A DNA stretch of 61,553 nt, the filler included, from Nitrospirae bacterium CG2_30_53_67 (GTDB lineage Bacteria > CG2-30-53-67), in the NCBI GenBank assembly GCA_001873285.1. It is 6 parts of 6 records of this genome, joined end to end, with 100 filler letters (N's around TTAATTAATTAA, not from the genome) between each part and the next. Parts side by side here need not be neighbours in the genome. Positions count along the whole stretch, not along the records: positions 9,432 to 23,621 come from MNYV01000145.1; 5 more parts are not named here. The stretch is one strand, 5' to 3'. The position numbers and the translations under genes were made by a program. Below, in pieces: positions 9,824 to 18,235 of this stretch. The notes under the pieces are model-generated. The model did not search any database. It saw only the letters and a list, made by a program, of their open reading frames with translations, and was not told the origin of the DNA. Positions within the stretch are counted from its first letter, which is position 1; each line of letters opens with the position of its first letter.

Positions 9824-10804
9824 ATGTTAAATATGAATATATCTTTCTTTAATCAACCCAATGGCAATGATATGCACAAGAACGCTACGTTTCAAATATC
9901 CTATGACGGTGAAGCCGTAGAAGATGGGACTATCGATGTCCGTGAATTGGCTCCGTCTTTGCTTGCTTTGGGAGATTTAATTGATGAGACAAACAGGCAT
10001 ATTACGCAGGGCAGAATGGAGGTATCTCTTCGTGTAAGTGCTGACATTGAACGAGGTTCATTTCTCGTCAGATTGGAAATAGCGACAAAGTTTTATGAGA
10101 AATTTGTTGAAATCTTCAGCGGCCCTGATGCAACAGCAATAACTACATTTCTTACTCTCTTGGGAATTTCCGGAGCATATGGAATATTCCAGCTTGTTAA
10201 AGATAGCAAGGGAGCAAAACCAAAGAATGTAATCAAAATCAGTCAGACCACTAAAGTAAAACTGGAGTTTGATAATATAGAACCGATTGAGGTTGAGAAA
10301 GACGTATATGATATATACAATAATTTTAGAGCAAGAAGTGCTATATCGCGTATTGTCAGACCTTTGAAAGATAAGGGTATTGATGTACTCAAATTTATTC
10401 ATGGTGGTCGAGAGACAATCAAGGTAACAGAAAGTGAAATTGAATGTTTCAGGGTGCCGGAAGAAAGAGAGGGTGAAAGAATCTCGGAATCTGAAATTGT
10501 TCTTCGAATCCTAAATTTAGCATTTCAAAAAGGCAATAAATGGAAAGTGACTGATGGTAGCGGGAAATACTTTGTATCTATATCGGACATTATTTTTTTA
10601 AAAAAGATTGAAGATAGACAAATATTGTTTGGTAAAAATGATTGTTTGCGTGTAAGATTACAAACACGGCAGTGGTATGAAAATAAAGAACTAAAATCAA
10701 GTCATGAAATTATAGAGGTACTTGAACACATACCCGCCTCTGATCCATCACAAATGTCATTATTAGAAGAAAACACAGACGCAGACGACAATGGAGAGCG
10801 TTGA
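9824..10804 (+). CDS. Hypothetical protein, AT-rich islet (start may be 9872)
   Basis: 326-aa ORF with AT-rich codons; ISYDG...IDVRELAPSLLAL resembles proteins from mobile regions. Confidence 0.7.
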   Translation: MLNMNISFFNQPNGNDMHKNATFQISYDGEAVEDGTIDVRELAPSLLALGDLIDETNRHITQGRMEVSLRVSADIERGSFLVRLEIATKFYEKFVEIFSGPDATAITTFLTLLGISGAYGIFQLVKDSKGAKPKNVIKISQTTKVKLEFDNIEPIEVEKDVYDIYNNFRARSAISRIVRPLKDKGIDVLKFIHGGRETIKVTESEIECFRVPEEREGERISESEIVLRILNLAFQKGNKWKVTDGSGKYFVSISDIIFLKKIEDRQILFGKNDCLRVRLQTRQWYENKELKSSHEIIEVLEHIPASDPSQMSLLEENTDADDNGER

Positions 10805-11020
10805 GGGTCGAATCTTTCATCTTGACAACTTCTTCTCCTCTACGAGCCATCGGCAAACGGCCAATCAACACCGATGAGTCTAACAATGATATACCGCTCC
10901 AGAATATCGCATTCTCAATGGCCGGGTCAAAGTAATAAACCTTCAAACGCAAACCAGATCTGTTTGTCAATTTAAAAGATGTGACCCTCTCGCCCCTCCC
11001 CGGCTTTTCCCGTGGTATGA

Positions 11021-11623
11021 CTAAACAACCCAAGCGTGAATGTGTTCACATAACTTTTCGATGAACGTAGCAGCATTCTCCACGTCACTATGAGAAATCG
11101 GCCAATAAGTTCCTGGGTAACTTGGGTCCAAATCAGCTTCGTGCGCAATTATATTACGACGTTCAACAATTAAACGAAGATGGATTTTTACATCGTGAAC
11201 AGACAATCCAAATTTGGAAGCGACTGAAGGCCAAAGTTCGCAGGATGAAAATAGTCGGATGGCATCAGCGATTCTATCAGGGTGCTGGAAGGCAAGGAAA
11301 CTGTGTTTTTCTCTGATTTCTTGTTCAAACCAAGAGCTATCACCAGGTATCCCTAAGCCTATCATTGCTGAATCTATGGTAACTTGAAAGCGGCGGAAAG
11401 AACTTGTAGCTGGTCTTAATCCATTAAAAACTTCAAGCATACCAAGACGCGTAATCTCATGAACGTAATGGTCAAGAGCACTAACAGTCAGTACTATTTG
11501 TGAACGCAGAATGTCAGACGCATCGACAATAGGCGTTGTCAACCGAGTGAGTGACATATAAAGCCCCCCGAGGCTACGCACACGCTCAATATTTGACCGG
11601 AATTGTTGAATTGCTTTATGCAT
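11021..11623 (-). CDS. HEPN-domain protein (RiboL-PSP-HEPN/MAE_18760-like), putative RNase
   Basis: RRNIIAH (Rx4H) motif and DILRSQIVLTVSALDHYVHE helix; start overlaps the ParA stop. Confidence 0.78.
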   Translation of the reverse strand: MHKAIQQFRSNIERVRSLGGLYMSLTRLTTPIVDASDILRSQIVLTVSALDHYVHEITRLGMLEVFNGLRPATSSFRRFQVTIDSAMIGLGIPGDSSWFEQEIREKHSFLAFQHPDRIADAIRLFSSCELWPSVASKFGLSVHDVKIHLRLIVERRNIIAHEADLDPSYPGTYWPISHSDVENAATFIEKLCEHIHAWVV

Positions 11624-12665
11624 TGTCAATTATAGTAATAATGCGATCGGCCCCCTCTGAGAATAGTTTGAGAAACCGCTTCATAGATTTTTTTGTTATC
11701 TCTAAAACTACTCCTCTTTGCTCAAGCTGTTTATCTGTCAAGTCAAAAATTGGTGCTTTATGCTTCTGTGAAAGAGCAATTAGACTATTGAAATCTGACA
11801 TTTGGATCAAAGGCTTTGTTGGCTGCACCCCGGCGTTTTTATATATTCTATCAGTAAGAAGCATACCATTTTCTTTTAGAACCGGAACAAGCCTTGTTTT
11901 TACACCTATTTCAATTTCATCTATCCATTTTTGAAAGGCTGCAGAAGGCGTCTTCCCACCTCTTAACCGATATTTCTGAATTATAGTACCGAGAAATTTG
12001 GGATTTTTATCAGGGTATGGATATGTTGCTTTTTGAAGTACAGATTGTGATTTCGCCTGCCTCGACCAACCGGCCCACTTTGGCAATATAGACGCAAGAC
12101 TATCCGTCGCCATTACTGAAAAATAATCCGGTGCCATAGGGATAATGAAATAATCACTTGTCATTAACAAGTTCTGGTTTATTGGTCCAAGGCTTGGACT
12201 CATATCAATAAGGATAATGTCAGCGTTATATTTTTCAGCGGTAATATTGAATAAATGACGGAGCGATCCTGGCAAATTCTGGAGCGTGACTAAGGAACCC
12301 GACAATTCCTGAGCTATACCCAATGTTACTTCGTATTCCGCAAGCCCAATGTGCCCCGGTAGTAAGAGCATATTTGCCTGCCCTTTTATTTTTTCGCATA
12401 TGACAGGTTCAATAGCTGTCGGCCGAGATTCAAAAGCTGGTGCTAATCCATCGCGAATGTTTCGTATCCCTTTTGCTTTATAAATCGCGTCAAATTCTTC
12501 TGATTTCTTGAATCCTAAAACCATTCCCGTGAGGTTACATTGTGGGTCGCAATCAACGATGATAACCTTCTTGCCTTTTCTTGCTAACATCCAACCCAAA
12601 TTAAAGGTTGATGTGGTTTTGCTTACTCCACCTTTGTGATTAAAGAGTGCAATTTGATTTGTCAT
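11616..12665 (-). CDS. ParA/Soj-family ATPase (long form)
   Basis: Deviant Walker A NHKGGVSKTT, VDCDPQCNLT, ILIDMSPSLG. Confidence 0.9.
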   Translation of the reverse strand: MTNQIALFNHKGGVSKTTSTFNLGWMLARKGKKVIIVDCDPQCNLTGMVLGFKKSEEFDAIYKAKGIRNIRDGLAPAFESRPTAIEPVICEKIKGQANMLLLPGHIGLAEYEVTLGIAQELSGSLVTLQNLPGSLRHLFNITAEKYNADIILIDMSPSLGPINQNLLMTSDYFIIPMAPDYFSVMATDSLASILPKWAGWSRQAKSQSVLQKATYPYPDKNPKFLGTIIQKYRLRGGKTPSAAFQKWIDEIEIGVKTRLVPVLKENGMLLTDRIYKNAGVQPTKPLIQMSDFNSLIALSQKHKAPIFDLTDKQLEQRGVVLEITKKSMKRFLKLFSEGADRIITIIDNA

Positions 12666-12809
12666 GTAATTCTCCAGTGTTTGTTGAAAAAACATTTTAT
12701 GATTCGCCGAACAGTGATTAGACTGATCCGCATAGCATGTCTACGACTCGTAGAGCGGAACGCCGGTTTCTGATCCATGTCGCACGCCGTTGAAATTGGG
12801 GATCGTCGT

Positions 12810-13397
12810 TCACTTTCTTTTTTGTGCGCTTCTGACCTCAAGGCGTTTGTTATAGAGCCGTTCGGTGAAGCCGCCCTCTTTTAAAAAACGTTCCTCCAAC
12901 TGTCGAAGCTGCTGATCAAGCAGGTAGTTCGCCTGGTGGATCAGGCAAATCAGTGTGTTGGCTGCCACATCAGGGGCTTCAGCTTCAATATAGGTCCTAT
13001 AGGTCGCATAGGACCTATTTTGACAATGCGCGAGCTTCCGCACAGTCCGCGCCCTCGGGTGCTCCTTTCCCCAAAGCAACAGTCCTCGCTGGCGCAGAAA
13101 GTCCTCGCAGTCAAGCAACAGCTCTTCAAGACTCGCCCGCGCCACGCCCACCAGCTTCAGCTCGGTCTTGCGCGATGTACCCGAGGCCATACTCCCCTCG
13201 GCAATGTTCTGCTTGCCGCTCCGCGCCGCTTGCACCATCTGGTCACGGGTACGCGAACCGTGGTCGATGAATCGATTACAAAACGCCACCGCCGCATCAT
13301 AGATGATCTCCGCCATCTGATACGATTTCAGGTTACGGTAACCGCCATGGGCCTCGATGAGCTTTGCTTTTGGGTTTTGTTTTTTTATATAGGTCAT
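12810..13397 (-). CDS. Four-helix-bundle protein with suffix domain
   Basis: HGGYRNLKSYQ, DQMVQAARSGKQNIAEGS, ARASLEELLLD, EGGFTERLY; 9-mer quasi-palindromic repeats at 12990-13018 and 13389-13418. Confidence 0.88.
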   Translation of the reverse strand: MTYIKKQNPKAKLIEAHGGYRNLKSYQMAEIIYDAAVAFCNRFIDHGSRTRDQMVQAARSGKQNIAEGSMASGTSRKTELKLVGVARASLEELLLDCEDFLRQRGLLLWGKEHPRARTVRKLAHCQNRSYATYRTYIEAEAPDVAANTLICLIHQANYLLDQQLRQLEERFLKEGGFTERLYNKRLEVRSAQKRK

Positions 13398-13426
13398 ATA
13401 AGTCCTATAAGACCTATGAGAATTTT

Positions 13427-13455
13427 TGGGGGGTCCCCCTCACGGAAGACCCCCC
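13427..13455. terminator. GC-rich hairpin downstream of nrdJ
   Basis: ggggggtc...gacccccc stem; no clear U-tract on the minus strand. Confidence 0.35.
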
Positions 13456-13490
13456 GATGCCCTGAGCCAACCACATCCCCTGAGATCAGG

Positions 13491-16097
13491 TTATGCGCAT
13501 TTTGAGTAACCGCAGGCGAGGCATTTCAGACACCCCTCGGACCGTTCCATGCTCCCGGAAGCCCCACAGTCAGGGCAGGTATCGGCAGTGATGGAGAGAA
13601 GATCCACCTCGGTGTGTATGCCGTTTTTCCCGTTCTTTTTCATATACCGCCGCTCCAGGATCCGGGCGATGGCGTCGGGGATGGAACGGACCAGACCGTC
13701 CTTCTGGAAGATCGGGTGTTCCCCGCCGATCCCCTTGAGCTGTTCCACGATCTTTTCCACCGGAACCCCGTACCGGAGCGAAAGAGACACGAGGCGTCCG
13801 ATGGCCTCGGTCTTCGCCATGGTGCTTTGTCCCGACTTCCCGATGGTGGCGAAGACCTCGAAGGGCTTCCCATCCAGTTCGTTGACGGTGATATAGAGGG
13901 TCCCATGGGCCAGCTTCATCTTGGCCGTGAATCCGTCCAGGATCTCGGGCCTGGGAAGAAACGTTTCTACCGCGGTCCTGGCTCCCGCAATCGGCTGAGC
14001 CTTCACTTCTTCCCTGGGCATCACGAGTTCGGCCGGTTCGACAGCGGGCTTGGCCCCGTTGCCGTTTTTCTTGTCATCCTGTTTCAGGTTCAGGACCTGC
14101 TCGCCCTTACTCCCGTCCCGGTAGATGGTGACCCCCTTGCATCCGCTCTCATAGGCCCGGAGGTAGACCTCTTCCACATCCTTGATCGTGGCATGATGCG
14201 GGAAGTTCACGGTCTTGCTCACGGCATTGTCCGTATATTTCTGGAATGCGGCCTGCATGAGGATGTGGAACGAAGGGGGCACGTCATGCGCGGTCACAAA
14301 GATCTCCCGCACATCCTGGGGGATCTCGGTCATCCCCTGGATGCTTCCGGTTCGGGCGATCTTCTCCATCAGTTCATCGGAATAAAATCCGCGGCGCTTG
14401 GCCTCCTGCTGAAAGGCGTGATTAACCTCGATCAGCTTGTCATGGTCCATGACATTGCGGTAGTAGGAGAGGGCGAAGATCGGTTCGATTCCCGATGACG
14501 TGTTGGCGATGATGGAGAGGGTCCCGGTGGGGGCGATGGTCGTGGTGGTGGCGTTTCGCACCCTCGGCATCCCTTCCCGGTCATAGATGCTCCCCTTGAA
14601 GTTGGGAAAGACACCCCGTTTTTCAGCCAGGTCCGCGGAGGCGGCCCGGGCCTCGGTCTGGATGAAGGACATGACTTTTTCCGCGGTCTTGATGGCCGCC
14701 TCGGAATTGTAGGGGGTCCGGAGGGCGATCAGCATATCGGCCCATCCCATGACGCCGAGGCCGATCTTCCGGTTTCCCTGCGCCATCTCGGTGATCTTCT
14801 TCAGAGGGAATCTGGACATGTCGATGACATTGTCCAGGAAGTTGACCGAGGTCCAGACCACCCTTTTAAGGCGATCATAATCCGCCACGGGCGTCCCATG
14901 TTCGGTCTTGACCATCCTGGCCAGGTTGATGGACCCGAGATTGCAGGCCTCGTAGGGGAGAAGGGGCTGCTCACCGCATGGGTTAGTGCACTCGATCTCT
15001 CCGAGCTGGGGCGTGGGGTTGTCCCGGTTCAGCCGGTCCAGAAAGACGATCCCCGGATCTCCGCTCTGCCAGGCCAGATTGACGATCTCGTCGAAGATCT
15101 TTTTTGCGCTCAGGGTTCCTGTGATCTCTCTGGTGCAGGGGTCGATGAGCTCACAGTCCGACCCGGATTGAACCGCCTTCATGAATGCTTCGGTGATTCC
15201 CACAGAGAGGTTGAAATTATTGAGACTCCCATCGTGCTTCTTGGCATGGATGAATTCGAGGATGTCCGGATGGTCCACGCGGAGGATCCCCATGTTGGCC
15301 CCGCGGCGGGTCCCTCCCTGTTTGACCTGCTCCGTGGCCGTATTGAAGATCCGCATGAACGAAACGGGCCCTGAGGCGACGCCCCCTGTGGTACCGACCT
15401 TGGAGTTCTTCCGCCTTATATTGGAAAACGAAAACCCGGTCCCCCCGCCGGACTTATGAATCAGGGCCGCATGTTTCAGGGAATCAAAGATTCCTTCCAT
15501 GGAATCATCCACAGGAAGGACAAAACATGCGGAAAGCTGCTGCAGTTCACGGCCTGCATTCATCAGGGTCGGGGAGTTGGGAAGGAACTCCAGTTCGGTC
15601 ATCAACCGGTAGAAGAGTCTTGCCTTTTCCGGCACGTTGGCCTTCTTGTCATAGATCTTCTCGGGCTCCGCGATGTTCTTGGCCACACGGAGGAACATGT
15701 CACGTGGTTCCTCGATCGGTTTCCCCTGATCGTCTTTTTTCAGGTACCTCCGCTCAAGGACCTTGATGGCGTTCGGATAGAGAGTCAGCTTCTCCTCCTT
15801 GGCTTTGGGCACGGGGAAGACCAATGGAGGCATGCGTTTGATTCCGTATTTCAGCAGTTTGGCCTCGATCAGTTTCTGCATGACCGCATGCGGAACGGAC
15901 TTTCCGTTCATCCGGCAGAATTCCTGCTCGATATCCCGGCTGATCATGGCCGCCATCTCCTCGTTGCCATGATTTTCAAGTAGAAGGGCCTGCATGAAGT
16001 GGTCGCGGTTCCAGGATAAGACAGGAATCAGATCCAATCCGTCCTGGTTTTGAACTTCTCCGCCCATCCCCATGGCTTCTTTCATAACCATTTCCAC
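13491..16097 (-). CDS. nrdJ: Class II (B12-dependent) ribonucleotide reductase with ATP-cone-like N-terminus, TSCPD domain and Zn ribbon
   Basis: PNSPTLMNAG, QGGTRRGANMG, TNPCGEQPL, TIAPTGT, C-terminal CPDC...CLACGYSKC. Confidence 0.95.
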   Translation of the reverse strand: MEMVMKEAMGMGGEVQNQDGLDLIPVLSWNRDHFMQALLLENHGNEEMAAMISRDIEQEFCRMNGKSVPHAVMQKLIEAKLLKYGIKRMPPLVFPVPKAKEEKLTLYPNAIKVLERRYLKKDDQGKPIEEPRDMFLRVAKNIAEPEKIYDKKANVPEKARLFYRLMTELEFLPNSPTLMNAGRELQQLSACFVLPVDDSMEGIFDSLKHAALIHKSGGGTGFSFSNIRRKNSKVGTTGGVASGPVSFMRIFNTATEQVKQGGTRRGANMGILRVDHPDILEFIHAKKHDGSLNNFNLSVGITEAFMKAVQSGSDCELIDPCTREITGTLSAKKIFDEIVNLAWQSGDPGIVFLDRLNRDNPTPQLGEIECTNPCGEQPLLPYEACNLGSINLARMVKTEHGTPVADYDRLKRVVWTSVNFLDNVIDMSRFPLKKITEMAQGNRKIGLGVMGWADMLIALRTPYNSEAAIKTAEKVMSFIQTEARAASADLAEKRGVFPNFKGSIYDREGMPRVRNATTTTIAPTGTLSIIANTSSGIEPIFALSYYRNVMDHDKLIEVNHAFQQEAKRRGFYSDELMEKIARTGSIQGMTEIPQDVREIFVTAHDVPPSFHILMQAAFQKYTDNAVSKTVNFPHHATIKDVEEVYLRAYESGCKGVTIYRDGSKGEQVLNLKQDDKKNGNGAKPAVEPAELVMPREEVKAQPIAGARTAVETFLPRPEILDGFTAKMKLAHGTLYITVNELDGKPFEVFATIGKSGQSTMAKTEAIGRLVSLSLRYGVPVEKIVEQLKGIGGEHPIFQKDGLVRSIPDAIARILERRYMKKNGKNGIHTEVDLLSITADTCPDCGASGSMERSEGCLKCLACGYSKCA

Positions 16098-16174
16098 CCC
16101 CTCAATGACTTCTTATTTATTCCACAGGATCGCCTCAAAATGCACACAGGATATTCACAGCATCTTCACAGAAA

Positions 16175-16228
16175 TCGCATCATGTTGTATATGGCTGACC
16201 AATATACTACAATACTTAGTGATGTCAA
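16175..16228 (-). promoter_or_regulatory. Sigma70 promoter overlapped by tandem NrdR-box-like sites
   Basis: TTGACA (16228-16223)-N16-TATATT; boxes TACAATACTTAGTG (16208) and weaker CGCATCATGTTGTA (16176), 32 bp apart. Confidence 0.55.
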
Positions 16229-16297
16229 GAAAAAAGTGGGGTGTGAAAACAGAAAAAATTGGGGCCGGTGAAAGGTCGCCGGTCATGGGTCAGTCAA

Positions 16298-16395
16298 TGG
16301 CGGGAGGGGGCGGGAATCGAACCCACCAGGCGGGGTATTAAGCCGCCCCACCGGATTTGAAGTCCGGGCCGGACACCAGCACCGAATCCCCTCCC
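16298..16395 (-). tRNA. selC: tRNA-Sec (UCA)
   Basis: 8-bp acceptor GGGAGGGG/CCCCTCCC, 5-bp T stem, GACTTCAAATC anticodon arm, long variable arm, G73 and encoded CCA. Confidence 0.95.
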
Positions 16396-16397
16396 GT

Positions 16398-16890
16398 AAA
16401 ATCAAACTCTAAACTCTAATATCTAAACTCTAAACAAAATCAAAATTCCAAACACAAATGTTCCAAACCATTCTGAACTTTTTGCCTTCTCTACTTTGTT
16501 TTTTCCAGGATGGCTCCAAAAATCTTCATAAGCTCGGTGGCTTCCTGAATTAGATAGTGATTTGTTTTCTCAGTTTCTTTATTACAATCGACAAGTTTTA
16601 ACCAATAACGAGTCTCTTTTGCTTCCTTTCGGCAGATCTTCACCCTCATTATAAAATCTTTTTTACTTAATGACTCATTAGCCTCAATATAATTCGCTCC
16701 CACCGACCCTGCCGATCTCACCAATTGTTTTATGACTTCATTATTGGTCAACGTCTTCGGCAATTCATTTACGAACTCAATAGTTCGCCTTGCATAATTC
16801 AGAGTCCGTTCCTCTAGATCATATCGTTTTGAATTTTGATTTTCTGTCATTCGATATTGTTTAGAGTTTAGAATTTCGTATTTAGGATTT
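16398..16890. repeat. 65-nt heptamer-built inverted arms enclosing a four-helix-bundle gene
   Basis: 16405-16469 (aaactct repeats) is the imperfect reverse complement of 16826-16890. Confidence 0.8.
16491..16850 (-). CDS. Four-helix-bundle protein (23S rRNA-IVS-protein/Avd-like family)
   Basis: YDLEERT, KQLVRSAGSVGANYIEAN, KEAKETRYWL; likely start MTENQ. Confidence 0.92.
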   Translation of the reverse strand: MTENQNSKRYDLEERTLNYARRTIEFVNELPKTLTNNEVIKQLVRSAGSVGANYIEANESLSKKDFIMRVKICRKEAKETRYWLKLVDCNKETEKTNHYLIQEATELMKIFGAILEKTK

Positions 16891-16934
16891 GAACCCATAT
16901 CAGTGAGAATATATATTTTCTCAATCATGGGGAA

Positions 16935-17441
16935 TCACCTATGGCTTCTCAGAGACTCCTTATAATACCCGTATTCTTCTTCGAAGTTCGGAGTAAAGAC
17001 CCCGGTCCCGATGCTCTTTTCGATCTCCTTCATGTTCCAGAACCGGACCTCGGTGATCTCGACGGGATCAAATGCAATCTTTCCGCAGTACCGGCAGAGG
17101 TAGGTCCGCACATTCTCGGATTCGACCGGGTTTCTAAGCGGATAGGCGTAAAGAAACGAGAGGTCACGGCCCTCGATCCCCAGTTCCTCTTTCATCTCGC
17201 GGCAGACCGCAGTCTCGTAGTCCTCGCCGATATTCAGATGGCCGCCCACGGACGTGTCCCATTTACCGGGCTGGATATCCTTGGCCGGCGAGCGTTTCTG
17301 CAGCAGGATCCGTCCTTGTTCGTCGACCAGCAGGACATGGACAACCCGGTGCACGAGGGAGGGGTTCCCATGGCATTCGGACCGGAGGGCCTTGCCGACC
17401 ACATGGTCCTTCTCATCGACAATTTCTAAATATTCTTCCAT
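16935..17441 (-). CDS. NUDIX hydrolase (IDI/YfcD-like)
   Basis: HRVVHV, PGKWDTSVGGH, Nudix box REMKEELGI. Confidence 0.9.
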   Translation of the reverse strand: MEEYLEIVDEKDHVVGKALRSECHGNPSLVHRVVHVLLVDEQGRILLQKRSPAKDIQPGKWDTSVGGHLNIGEDYETAVCREMKEELGIEGRDLSFLYAYPLRNPVESENVRTYLCRYCGKIAFDPVEITEVRFWNMKEIEKSIGTGVFTPNFEEEYGYYKESLRSHR

Positions 17442-17442
17442 C

Positions 17443-17976
17443 TTACCGCTTCAAGACTTTCAGGAGGCTTTCCAATGTGCGCACGTGGCCCTTTTCAAAC
17501 TCGACCAGATCTGAGAAGGCCTTCCGTGTTTCCGGATCTTGGGTCATCCGGACCATCTCGGAATAAAAGGCTACGGCGTCCTTTTCAAAATTTGAGGCGA
17601 GTTTCACGGCCTGGATCTCGTCATTGAGGTTGAGCGCCGCCTTCTCCGCATCCGGGCCCTCGGGGAAGATTCCTCCCTCCATATAACCCTCGAAATAGCG
17701 CTGCACAATCTCTTCAACGGCCGGGTCCGGATACCCCTCGGAATTCGGGTCCGTGATCATGGATTCGATGTCCGAGACATGCTTCTGCTCTTCCTCGGCC
17801 ATTTTCTCGAAGACCGTACGGGCCTGTTTTCCCGTGACCCGGTCTTTTATCCCATGATAAAACCGGAACCCCTGGCGCTCCAGGGCAACGGCGATCTTCT
17901 TGGCTTCATCCGTGTTAAAGGGTTTTCCTTCAAAAACGCTCAAAATATTTTTTTTGTTCATCGGCGGCTGCTCCAT
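17443..17976 (-). CDS. Ferritin-like/rubrerythrin-family protein
   Basis: Duplicated E..FY / EExxH motifs (AEEEQKH, EFEKGH). Confidence 0.8.
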   Translation of the reverse strand: MEQPPMNKKNILSVFEGKPFNTDEAKKIAVALERQGFRFYHGIKDRVTGKQARTVFEKMAEEEQKHVSDIESMITDPNSEGYPDPAVEEIVQRYFEGYMEGGIFPEGPDAEKAALNLNDEIQAVKLASNFEKDAVAFYSEMVRMTQDPETRKAFSDLVEFEKGHVRTLESLLKVLKR

Positions 17977-18072
17977 AGGTTGATTTTCAAATTAAAAAGG
18001 ATCTTATCAGAAGCCCCGGATCCGTTTCAAGCAAAATCCCGGAACCATCCTTCTGAATGTCCCCGGTCCTTA

Positions 18073-18235
18073 GTGGCCCTGTTCGTAAATACTGTGACGC
18101 ACCGAGAGGGTTGTAGAGCGGTCTCATCAAGGCGCGCGACTGAGGCGTACCCCCTGTGGTACGGCGCAGGGAGCGATACGATGATGAGGCCGCTCTACAA
18201 CACTCAAATGCCACCGTATTTACGAATAGGGCCAC
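18073..18235. mobile_element. MITE family A copy
   Basis: TIR GTGGCCCT(G/A)TTCGTAAATAC; flanks TTA/TCA, the latter being the nrdJ stop codon. Confidence 0.85.

Noticed and set aside
11616..12665. Chromosome/plasmid partition locus
   Set aside because: No parB or parS nearby, and the partner gene is a HEPN protein.
12810..16850. Diversity-generating retroelement (Avd-like genes, nearby intron)
   Set aside because: No RT and no TR/VR pair with adenine-specific differences was seen.
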